From Sphagnum compactum (taxonomy: Eukaryota), in assembly GCA_965153455.1 (NCBI GenBank), contig OZ234494.1, positions 3,844,001 through 3,908,000 on the forward strand: 64,000 nt of DNA, written 5' to 3'. The notes under the pieces were generated by a model. The model ran no database searches. It worked only from the letters and a program-made list of their open reading frames with translations, and had not been told where the DNA came from. Each line of letters opens with the position of its first letter. The first letter of the stretch is position 1. This document shows positions 1-12,119 of the stretch, one piece after another. A program made the position numbers and the translations under genes.

Positions 1-55
1 AAAAACAAACACATGAGTTACCTGTATCAGGAAGAGGGCCCATGTTTCATGGGCA

Positions 56-3000
56 TCAAATGACAGTCTCAAAAACCTGGGGAACACTGACATCTTTGAA
101 TGCAGGGTCCAACCATTCAGGATAAGGAAGACCCTTTGACTTCAAAAAGTCAACATTGAAGACCTTACTCTGATACCTTGTTCCCAAATCACAAAGAATA
201 GTCACAATTGTGTGCCCTGGCCCAAGCTCCTTCGCTAATTTTATGGCTCCTGAAAACCAAGGCATTTTACTCAAGAAACTGACTAGCATATTTGGTCAAT
301 TCTTCTGAATTTATTATATGCTCCATATGCTTTTATTCTTATATAGTATGTTCTACTGAAGGTGTGGAGTCATTGGCACTGCAATTTAGTAGATCCTTGC
401 CACCCACCTCCACATCACCCATATAACATTTACTGCCTCTGAAAACATGATTATTTGAACCATGATGACAGAAGAACTAGGACAGTCACCCTAACCTAAA
501 CTTCTGTGGAAGTCTATCTTGTAATTACAAACATGTTGTGAGAACACTATGTTTTGCCAAACTAGATTAGGAAATCCAGACAAAGCGACCATTATGAATA
601 AGTCTAAGCACTTACCACCAATATTGATGGCTGTTGACCCCCCCATACAAAAACCCTCTTGTTTTAGAAGGTCAAAAATAAGAGGTAATGCCTCCTCATC
701 TGTTACCTGCAAATCACAACATTAATACCAGTGAAACCCTTGTTCTGGACACAATTTTCTTTTGCAAATTGAAGGTGAGCAGCTTACTCAAAACTATCTT
801 ATTCCACCCCAATCCCAAGTAAAATCATGATGATCCAGACTGTTAAGGTGCAGATATGTTCAGAAAAACTCAGATCTCTGATCTTGACCGCACCAAATAA
901 GATGACCCCTGCTACACACACCTGGCACCAAAAATCAACAGCACCACCATCTCGGGCAGGCACGCCCCAGCTTTCCAAATTGGCAGTGACGCGACCTTGA
1001 CCAATTCCTTCAGAAATCTGTAAACAATTCAAAACACTGCCAAGCTTCACCAATTGCTGTCTTGAGCACCCCAAGAAAATGGTGGAATTTCATTTATTAC
1101 CAGGTATAAAATTATCTGCCAGCATTCTAAAGTAAGGCACCTCTGTACTTAGATTTCTCGATTTAACACTGTGGATATGAATGTCCAGGTAACATTTATC
1201 AACCTCCTGAACCATCAAGCTGCTCAAGACAATTTCAATTAATGCATGATTATTCCAAGCTGCTCTATTTTTGCAGACTGACTCTGGCATCCAAGCTGCT
1301 CAAAACAAAAACAATCCCAGAAGAGCAAGAAGAGGCCATACTGAAGTTCCTGATGATTCAAGCACACCACTGGAGTAATAGTTGTACATGGCTGCTCCCA
1401 TGGGGTCTGCCATTCCAATCCTAACATTTGGATTCTGCTCCTTCAAATACTACACAAGGTGATATTTGCAAGCTTAAGTGCAACTGTGGTGATGTACAAT
1501 TGAAGAGACATGTCACACTATATAGTCTGTCCCCAATGATTTAGAGCCAGGCATCCATAAACAGAAGAGGTCACACATCTGCCCACTTGAAGTAGAACTA
1601 GAGTTGAATTCCAGTCTATGGATCCTACCATTTGCAGAGTCCTGAGGTACCTCATAGTGTACACCAACCTATCAAGTCCAGATACTTTTAGAAAAGACAA
1701 AGATAGAACAGCCACACAAGGACCTACAGATGATACACAAAATTCATATACAGAACAACTATATATCACAATTACTCTTGAAACCTAAAGGAAACAGGAC
1801 AATGTATCAATGTACCTTGCCAACTCCCGCAAGGGTGCCCCCTGTGCCAATGGCACAAATGAACCCATCCACCTTTCCTTCTGTCTGCTTCCATATCTCT
1901 GGCCCTACAGAAGGACAAGACAGTTACACAACTCTTAGAGCTAGAATCCCAACATACACAACACTATGTGTGAACTTATCCACAATGAGCAGCACAACCA
2001 ACCACCACCAATTTGGCAAAAAATCGGTACTTTTCAAATGGGGGTGAGAAAGAAGAGACTGAAAAGAGTTACAAAGGTCATGGGTAAGTAGCAGAGTATT
2101 ATCATCCTCTCAAACAAAAGTACCTGTGGTTTCATAGTGTGCTTGGCGATTTGCAATATTATCAAACTGTTACATCCCTCCAAAGAAGCTTGCATGTGAG
2201 TGTGGGTTTTTAGAGAAGAACCACAAACTTTGCTAAATGTGTGAAGATGTGCATTACCGTGACTAATCAAGGATCACTCAGATTCCTAAAGGACATTTCA
2301 CTGCACAAGTTGCATTGGAGAGACACTAAATGCAGGAATAGTAAGACATATACAGAGAACTATAGGTACAGCAATACAGCAGTATGGACCTTCAGAAGCT
2401 GAACCATGAAACACAGTGCCATCCTAGTCCTGCAACCTACACGCTAATTCCAACCACAGACAAATAGTTCAAACCAGTAGATCCCCTCCAGTATGGCCAG
2501 TACCTGGTTTCCCCATATAGCACCTCCTGGATGTGTCTGCAAAAAGTACCATCTGCTCAGTTCTCTAGCATCAACAGCATAAGGTTGTTCTGTGGAGCTT
2601 TTGAAAAATGTTGGGCATCCACCATATTCAGGCCATTTGTGCAAGATAGTGATGCTTACTTGAGCAAGAGCTTCTGCAAGGCGCCCAGAATATTTGACAT
2701 AGTTGTTTGGATTTTTGTACGGCACTGCTGGAACCTTTCACCACCAATGATATAGCTTGATCAGCTCAGCTAAACAATATCAAGTCATAAACATGGCCAC
2801 ATATCATTTCAGCACTTACCTAAACAACCTAGGAGCAGTCCTCCTGCACCACAGATTATGACAACAAAATCACTAACCACAAAGCTTCTGAAGGAAAAAG
2901 CTGTTGAGTTTCATCCCAAGCACATTGAAAAATCACAAAACATTCTTTTGCACTGATGCTTGTGGCAAATACCTCTACAAGTGTTGCACCAGCCAGTCGG

Positions 3001-5715
3001 AGCATATCCTTCTTCTCCTGAACCAACACAAAATATTCCCATCAAGTCAAAGAAGGTAGCCTCAACAATGAATTAAGGCTTACTCTTGAACTGCTAATAT
3101 TGCCTGAGCTAGACTTTCCATCGGTAATAAATTGATCACTGTGATACATTGGAATTGAGCTCTAAGAAAGAGTAGGAAATTAACCTGACTTTGTGTTTGG
3201 GGAATAACAATAACAGTCTTGTAGCCTTTGGCATTCCCAACCAATGCCAATCCTATACCTGTGTTGCCAGCAGTGCCCTCTACAATGAGACCTCCAGGTT
3301 TCAACAAGCCCTTCTCCTCTGCATCCTGTTGATACACACACTCATTATGCATCATCCTTTTATGTCTCCTTTTTCAAATCACCAGCATGCAAATCACCAT
3401 TTGATCTTTAACCATGCAAGAAGCACTTCTAAACCTCCAAAACTAACCAAAAACCCCAGATCTCCCCCTTAACGGAAAAGTTGGATACAAGATCACCCTC
3501 ATGACAGAATTCCATCAGATTAAGTATTGCCCAACTGCAGCTCAGGAGACCCCGTGGCCTTCTGAAACTCATCACAAATTATCATCCCTTTATAAAGGTC
3601 AATGTGTCTCCCAAAGTGCAATGCCCTTCACCAGAACACAAGAAGGGCTTGTTCAATACTGTGCAGGTTGTGACATCACAAAAAAGTGATATCCATAAAA
3701 TGTATCTATTCAAATCAGCAGTAGTAGTTGTCATTCTGATCAAGAGCTTACAAGTTGGCAAGCCTTGCCTTGACAATGTAAAGGGCCGCACGGTCTTTTA
3801 CAGATCCCCCAGGATTTAGAAACTCAGCCTGCCACCCACCCAAGATAATGACATGAACAAACATTTCTCACCACTCTGAAGAAGGATGTCTACTTCTGAG
3901 TGAAAAACTACCAGTTAAAGGAAAAGCACTAGCCCTTGAGGCCTTCAAGTTGATGGTGGCCAATAATGCAATGCAATTCTGGGCAGATATATTTCTGTGA
4001 GGATTCGCAGACTTAGAATCATGTCACCTTGCCATAGATTTCACAACCAGTTGCCATTGAGGCTGCATTGAGACGAATAAGTAGTGTGTTTCCCACCTGT
4101 GACAGAATACAAACACTCTTTAGCATGCAGTTCCCCACAATAATCAGCAACCACTCTTCCAAGGAGCAAAAACCAACCTCTCAAGTGCCCATGGGTGACA
4201 ACCAAGCTATACAATAAATAACACAAGTTTTAAGGTGGTGCATCAAATGGTGGCAGATTTCTGTATGATTGGCATTTCATTAGAACCGCCAATGATTGCA
4301 CAATCTTTTGAATGATGTTCCTGCTTCAATCAATTCTAGAGTTTTGTATGCAGACAATTGTACAGATTCTCTGAGGCCTCAGCTAATCAAACACATTTAT
4401 CTCCACAATTGCTGAGAACTTATCCATAATTATGATTCAAGTCAACCTGAAAAAGAATCAAGAGATGATCCTATAATAATGGAAATGGTAGGCTAACCAA
4501 AACCCATATTATGATACTAAAGGAGGCTCTTGCATCACCAAAGTTGTACATGCATCACATATAGTACAATAAACATTCTGAAGTAGATACCCTGCACACA
4601 CCTTCTTCAAAGAATTGGTGTTTAACAAAGTATCTTCTTGAGAGTAAACAATAACAAAAGGCAAACCTACCCCTATAGACCTTGCAGACTTCAGTCACTT
4701 TTCTACCTCTGTCTGTTTACAGATCAGAGGTTCTGGATTTCCAGCTCTCTCCAGAGTGACCAAAAGAAGGAATTCAAAACTGTCAATGGATCCAAAGATC
4801 TGAGAGTAAAAAACCTCACTGAATCAACAAAGCCCCTCCTAACACCAAGATCTCCAACTGACGCCATTGCCCGTGTCTCCATGCGTAGCAGATGTGATTG
4901 CTTTTTGACTTGTCCCTGCACAACAGGTATCCATACATTCTCCAAAATGAACTCACCAACCAGTTTCCAGATCTCCCATACACATTTGGCTGTAAGAGAT
5001 TCATACAAACTCACATTCTCAAGCCAATCCAACGAAAGGTGTGCAATCTTGCGATTAGGCCTGCGATCACAGAATCTCAAGAGATGTGAACCCAATACTC
5101 TAACTGCATGCAAGCTTTATATCCACATCCAATTTAAGGAGATGCAATTCAACACTCTCACTGCACACTTTCACACAAAAGCTCAAGGACTTGCCAAAGA
5201 TGCAGACCCTAAGTAAAAACCTTAACTCCTAAAGCATTCTTGCAAGAGCACCATTTTCAAAGCCCATCAAAAATCAGGTTGTCTTAAGCACAAAAAGACA
5301 GAAACATCTACTTGAATGGGGGGGTCAGCCACAACAAAAGCTCAAGGACTTGCCAAACATGCATGCTCTCGATGCAAACCCTAAGTAGAAACCCTAACTT
5401 CCTAAATCATTCTTGCAAAGCGCACCATTCTCGAAGCCCATCAAAAGTGAGCTTGTCTAAAGTACGCACTTCCGCAAATCGGATGGCAAAGAATTTGACA
5501 AAACAAGAAACACCCGAATCAAAGGAGCTCAGAAAAGCAGCAGTGCCGTCGAAGTGTGGAAGGAATTTGTGATGAACAAGAGAGGAGGCAGGGAAAGTGA
5601 GTGAGTGAGTGGTGAAGTTCGATGCACTGGTACCCACCAGGAAGGGGCGAGACCGAAGGTGATGGGTGAGTCCCAGGAACGGTGGGGTGGATGTGATGAA
5701 GATGCTTGCTTTCAT
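56..5715 (-). CDS. Cysteine synthase / O-acetylserine (thiol)-lyase, alphaproteobacterial/fungal CysK-like type, ~405 aa, 14 exons, probable N-terminal organelle transit peptide
   Basis: Exons (minus): 5715-5638, 4915-4820, 4096-4028, 3828-3769, 3325-3185, 3017-2973, 2734-2660, 2536-2504, 2166-2124, 1904-1816, 1449-1342, 1017-922, 706-616, 249-56. Total 1218 nt, phases consistent, all GT-AG except a GC donor at 3768-3767. Motifs: [22 protein letters not shown] (PLP lysine), [57 protein letters not shown]. Exon 1 is the least certain. Confidence 0.93.
5173..5462. repeat. Diverged tandem duplication (~120-130 bp x2) in intron 1 of the cysteine synthase gene
   Basis: The block caaaagctcaaggacttgccaaa...accctaagta...cattcttgcaa...gcaccatt...aagcccatcaaaa...ttgtct occurs at ~5173-5288 and again at ~5332-5462. 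Confidence 0.85.
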
Positions 5716-8328
5716 GGTCCCCTACCACTTCAGCCGAGCACACGCATTTGCGTTGCGTTGCGTTGCGTTCCGTTGCTGCGTGTCTTTCTTTCTCTTGCCA
5801 CAGCTATAGTGCTCTACTGCTGCCTTGTCCACTGCGGTCCTCTAGAGACGGTGGAGACGCACCGTCGTGCCCTGTTCGTGCACCTAAGGGACTCGCGCTC
5901 CGCTCCTATTGTTTTCTCGCAACCCTTATCTTTAAGGTCCTTAAGGCAGGGTACCTAAACTAAATAACTTTTCCAAATTTCTCAGTGAGTTTTAGTTACC
6001 TTCCTTGGCATAATTTAAAGTAATAGATTCTTTAAACTTTCTACTTTACTATCTAACCTCTAACCAAATTTGGTTCATTCTTCTTGTGAACAAACACCAA
6101 TCCACCAACTTAACAAAATTGAAAAAATAAAATAAATTCTAGTTGCCATGTTATTGAAGTCTAAAATTAATCATAAAACATAAATCATAAATTTAACTCC
6201 TCATTCATGGATGAAAATAATTCATCCATCCATTTCAATCCATAATGAATGAAATGCATCCATCATTGTTCATTGTGCTTTCTTTGTGGGAAAATTCATA
6301 AACTCCACAACTATTCATTTTTCATACATGAATCGTATCTAAGAAGTATAAAAAATTCACAAAATATTTTTAATAGTAATAAAAATCAAATGTGAATAAA
6401 TTCAAAATAAAATAACATTAATCATCATGCATTAACATTAACCAATATGTTTGCCTATTTTTGGAACATCATAGATGTTAACGTATTTACAATTTCTAGA
6501 AGTACCATGCAAATTGGGCATGAACTTGCATCAATAGAAATAAATATTATGGAGTAGATAAATTGTAAGTAACAATAAGTGATTGGAAATCTATATTCCA
6601 AAACCATGTCAAAAGAAAATGATATAACATAGCTTATAATTTGCAAAATTCCTAAAACTGAAAATCTTGTGACAATACAAAGTGGTAGTGTCATCGTCCG
6701 AAGTAATCAATTTTATTTTAGTAAACAAAGAAAACAAACGAAATATTTGAATGAGTTTTGGGAACTTAAAATATAACATAAATTTAAATTAAATTAATTT
6801 GGGAGGTGTTGGATACCATATTGAGCTTCTTTTTTTTCTTGGAAAATAACTTTAGAAGGATTTTTCTTTTCAAGGAACATTAATTTGATTATTATTTCCC
6901 TAAAGTATACGAGTTGTTTTGTAGCCAAAAAAATAGGAAGAAGAAACTAAATATTTACCTCTTATTTTGATTTGTACATGGATTCCTAAAGTGATATTTA
7001 TCCTTGGGTGGTACCATTAAAAACATCACACCCCAAATTTCTAATAGCCATCCAACTTTAGAACAACATAGGACTCATATAAAGAAAGGTTTTCATTCCA
7101 AATTATTTATCAAAAGGTTACCCAAGTCATATAAAACTCAAAATTTTAATTAAATTTTTTAAAAATATGTTTTGATGTGGAAAATGAATGCATAAGGGAA
7201 AAAAATTAGGAATGTAACACAAGGGATTTTTGTTATCGGGAACACAAAAATGAAATTTTTTGGGGAATTATACTTGAATGTTAATTTTTTTAATTTTTGA
7301 AATGCCAACTTATTTTATGTCTTTTATAAATAATTGATTGAATCAATTTTCATTAGTTATGAATTTTTGAAGTCAAGATTATGAAGTCCCAAAAGGCCAT
7401 TGATGTCAATAGCACATTTATGATAACTATTTTCACCTTTTTAATTTTAATGACTAGTTTGAATCATGCCCTTGTGCTTGTACAAAATAAATAAGAATAT
7501 ATATATAATGTATAAGTGTAAAGACACTTAAAAAGAAATAAATCAAGAATTGGGTCAAGAATGGTTGAAGATTCAAAATGTTAATACATATTATAAGTTT
7601 TTGGGTGTTTGTTATATTGCATGAGTGTGTGCATAGGTGGGGAAAACATAGCCCACCTATTCTAATCAAATAAACCAATGTATAAGTAAATAGAATTTTA
7701 TTTCTTAAATTGGGTCCAATTTTTTTGTGATTTTAGCAAGGTAGTTTTTAATGGTACCACTTGAGGATATTTTCGCCCTCAAACAAAAAAATTCACCAAT
7801 CAAATTGTTACACAAAAAGAATAAATATCTCTTTACAATTGTAACATTGAGATGTTGCATTCCTAAATTGAAATTGGACCACCATTTCGATTTAACAAGA
7901 TCTAGTGGATCAAATTAGGTTAATATCTTGCTTGGACTATATAATCTTATGGTGGCATCATAAAATTATAAGTTCAATTTAACCCCATTACCGCATATCC
8001 CCAAAAACAAAGTATGATCACCCAAATGCACTAGTTCAAAGATGTCCTTTTCTCGAAAGTTTTGACAAGAAAGACTATTACGACCCATAAGATCACCATC
8101 TCCAACCATTGATCCCCAAAATTCTAGACAATCTACCACAACACATGGAATAACAATTTTCCCACTTGGAGTTCCCAAAAACTTCGATCTCACTTTGCTT
8201 CACTTAAACCAATTTCCCCACAATCCCAAATTCCTAATTCTTAAACATGTAAAACTTAAGAGTATGATGTTAACTCAAATAATCTCCACAATCCTTTAAG
8301 GTATTTATTCTTGGATTTGAATTTAATT

Positions 8329-8374
8329 GGGAAAAACGGGATTTGAACCTGCGACTTCTGGTGTGACAGACCTG
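8329..8374 (-). pseudogene. trnD: 3' half of a tRNA-Asp(GUC), organellar (probably mitochondrial) type, truncated
   Basis: Minus strand reads caggt-ctGTCac-accag-aagtc-gcagg-TTCAAAT-cccgt-ttttccc: anticodon arm (GTC at 8367-8365), variable loop, T-arm and 3' acceptor strand. No D-arm or 5' acceptor strand is present. Confidence 0.7.
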
Positions 8375-10071
8375 AAATTAGCCCTAATATCAAATTCTTT
8401 CTGCAGTACAATTTTTTTTTTAATTTTTACACTTCAAGTTGGATAAAACTATTTGTATAAATAAAAAACCTCAAGCCCACGCGCCCTCCATTATAAGCCA
8501 ATAGTTTTTCATGACAGTCACCATCTCTTGTTATTTTACTCATTAATCTACCTCAATTTTTTAATCTTTAAATCTTGTTATGCAACAAAAAAAATGAGAA
8601 CTTTAAAGACACTTTCAACTAGGGCATTGGCTATGGCCATTCTTTTTAGCTCACAAGCCTTATATACCAATTCAAAGCAACAACCATTTCCAAAACTCCA
8701 AAATGTTATACACCATATTCAAAAAATATTAATCTTTTTATGCCTCAATCTCAAAAAATCAAGTCACAAACATTTAACCTCTCTTCCTTGACAAAGAATT
8801 GTTTTTAATCAAAATATGCCTTCTTAAATCCATCCTTTCAAACATATTTCCACCTCAATAGAATTTGCATCACCAATCATCTTCCACTACACCATATCTG
8901 TCATGAAAAACAAGTAAACAAAACAAATATGCACACTAATGCACACCACACAAGCATTAGCATTCCAACACCTAAATTCATAGCTCGGACATCCAAACTT
9001 ACAAACCACTTCTATTTTGGAGAACAAAATGTTTTCCTCTCCTAACTACCTATGTTAAATCATGTTCATGGTGACCTAAACCAATAATGACCTACCACAC
9101 ATTAGGGCACTTTCGTTTTCCTTTTTTTGACTTTCCTTTTAAATCACAATTTATCAATTCATAAACAAAAATTATTATAAATATCATGGGGGAAATGTAA
9201 TGGGAAATTTTGCTTGTTTGTATTTTCTTGGCTTTTAGTTTTGAAATTTCATTTTGTAGTTTGGGAATGAAACTATTAAAGATTTCTAATGTTGTCAAGA
9301 AGTGCCCCAACTTGCTACTACTTAATTTTAGACTCAAATGGCATAAGCAAAGGAGTAATGAAGTTCATTTGGGCCATTTGAAACAAAACTATTGTAATGA
9401 ATGTGTGGAGAACTAAAATTGATATTTCAATCTTTCAAAATTGCTTGCTCCATAGAAAGATGGACGAATAAATCTCACATGGATTCTAGGGTTGTAATCA
9501 CGCCAAGAGAGCATGGGGTTTTAGGTTTGAGAGTTTAAAGTTTACCCATGATATTTTTAATTATCTGTTGTATGGGCCATTCATGGGTTTCATAAGGTTG
9601 TTGGTTCAAATTTTTTTCATCAACATTTATTTAACATTGTGGGTTATGTGGATCAAGAAAAATGACACCATTTTTTATGGCGAGCATCAAGGCATGTGCA
9701 AAAGATTTAAAGTTTAATTTAAATTGCTTACTTGATTATGGTGGACTATTTGGTATAAATGTTTAGGCTTATTAGGAAAGCTCCATATGCCAAGAAAAAT
9801 CATTTTCAATAATTTGATAAGATGTGATGCATGAACGAAGCAATTTGTTCCAAATTGGGTAAATGTATGATGGACACCATAGATGATTTATGAGTTGATT
9901 GTTGGGTTGAACACTCTTTAATTTGCACTCCCTTTGTGGGTTCTTCTATTTTTCTTTGCAATGAACTCATTCATTGTTGCATATTTATTATTATTTTTAA
10001 AATACTTGTTGGGGTTGTTGATTCATTGTGTTGGGGCACTCAAAATCAAATTTTACTTACTTGCTTAACTT

Positions 10072-10303
10072 TTTTATTTGGTGCAAAATTTTGCCCATAT
10101 CCATAAAATTAAAATAAAAAAAGAATGTTTTGTCACACATTTTCAAAATTGGGGAAAATTTTGCCACACTTTTGCCATATTTAGATTCTAGCTTTAGATT
10201 GGTAGCATTTTAAGACTATTTAAAAACTATTTAGACGAGATCTAAAAACTTGTCACCATTTAATGCTAAATCCATTTTGGGATGCTAGCCAATGAGGCAA
10301 CAT
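10072..10303 (+). repeat. Dispersed AT-rich repeat, probable non-autonomous DNA transposon remnant (copy 1)
   Basis: Colinear blocks shared with 50955-51214: ttggtgcaaaattt, gtagcatt, tgtca(c/t)cattta, gatgcta(g/a)ccaatga(g/t)gcaacatt. Confidence 0.6.
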
Positions 10304-12119
10304 TAAAAAAATTGAAAAAAATCATTGCTCAAGAACCCTCCTACAAGGAAAGTATAATTTGAATTTTTTTTTGGTCAAAACAACTAAAGCCTTTTAATGG
10401 TTATAAGCAATGTATTTAAAAGAGCATTAGCTAATTTGACAATCCCACATGCACTTGTTAAAAGTGGATCACCAAATGAGCCATTCATTCAAACTTGACA
10501 AAGAAACAAAAATTTCGCCTAATTTCATTGCAACCATTGAAGCAATTCAAATCTTCCTCTACCCAATATCTTTTCATGTGAAACAACTTTTCATTTTAGA
10601 CATCAATTCATTTTAGACAATAATTCTCATGTGATGCTTTTCTTGTTCACTTAACCTTTTGATCTTATAGACTTCACTGAAGAAAAAAAATGTAATTGTA
10701 TGATATTGTTCTTTGTGAACATAACCTCGAGTTTAGTTCAAAGGTTCTTGAACTTCTCATCCGTTTTCCTCTCAACCAATGCATAACCTCAGCCTCTTTT
10801 TTTTTTCTTGCATACTTCATCTAGAAATATATAGTTTATGAGTTTTCATCCATTGAAAAGAAAGTTAAATGTTTTTCATCCATTTGCAAATTGGTTATGA
10901 AACTTTTCATCCACAAACAAGAGGGTTATGACTTCACTCTCAACTATTCATTGTAACATGCATGCTCTTTGCAAGTTACCTAGTCCTTTCATCATAAAAG
11001 ATTTGAAGAAATGGGGGGGAAAATAATTCAAAGATGAAGGCTTTAAATAAGCTTGAAATGGTTGCCATGTTTTTAATTTTTCACTTGAATTGTCACCAAT
11101 GCTTTTTTTCACAAATATTTCCGTTTTTCAACCAAAAAAATTGGATTTTTTGGATTTTGTTTTCTAGTGTATATTCAAGTAATTTCGTTAGTTTTTTTTT
11201 GGGAAGTTTTTGATAAATTTTTTATATAAAAAATTTGTGAAAAAAATTCTTGGTTGTCACTTTTTTTACTTTAAGTTTTAAGATGGTCACCTCTAAAACC
11301 TTCATTTCCAACACATTAATCACCTTTAATTTGTTACTTAAATTTGAATTCAGTAGAGTTATCAGTAAAGTACCCAATCTTCACCATGTCTTTGGGCATC
11401 CTTTCACCCCTTATCCCCTCTTTCAGTGGTATCCGCAAAGGAAGGAAATTTGATTGAATCTCAGTATGAAATGCTGAAACTCAGCATAGATCCTGTTGGT
11501 TGTAGCCCCTTTTTACACTAAACTTGAGAGTTCAAAACAAAGAGTTTTGTAAGCTCTTGAAACTCACTCACCCAAAGGCAGACTTCTCATTGAAATCCAA
11601 TATCCAGTACAGAAGCAGCTTCAACACATGTTTGCAAAATAATTAATTAATCCTGAAGATTCCATTTCGAAATTTAAAATGTTCCTGATTGTTTCAAAAG
11701 ATTCGTCATTTTCCTTCACAAAAAGTTGTTATTTGAAAAACTATTTTTTAATTCAACAAATTTTAAATAATATAATTTGTGCAGAAACTGCCAAGATACT
11801 CTTCCAAGATACTATGGTAATCATTTTTTTACGGAGGCAGGTCAAGTGTAGGATAAAGTGAGAATGACTTGGTTGACAAAGACAAGGACTTTTATGAAAG
11901 AACTTCGTAAAAAAATACCCTTCAATGGTTCTCTATTAGTTGTTTCCTTCTTGAGTGGGGTTGGAATCAAGCTGCATCTATTCTCGTTCAAGTTCAAAAG
12001 ACTATAATGCATCATGTATAACTTTGGGGAAGTCCTCATCCCGGGGGATTTCCTAAGATGAGGCCAGGTCTTTAAGATGTTAGCCCTGAGTAGGTGGGAC
12101 CTCATTCAAGGATGTACCA

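Noticed and set aside
4638..5216. 192-aa plus-strand ORF and other long ORFs antisense to or inside introns of the real genes
   Set aside because: They overlap cysteine synthase exon 2/intron 1 antisense and have no recognisable motifs. Most entries in the ORF track are similar chance or shadow ORFs.
12025..12037. GGGAAGTCCTC match to the 5S rRNA 3' region
   Set aside because: Only 11 nt with no flanking similarity, which is plausibly chance.
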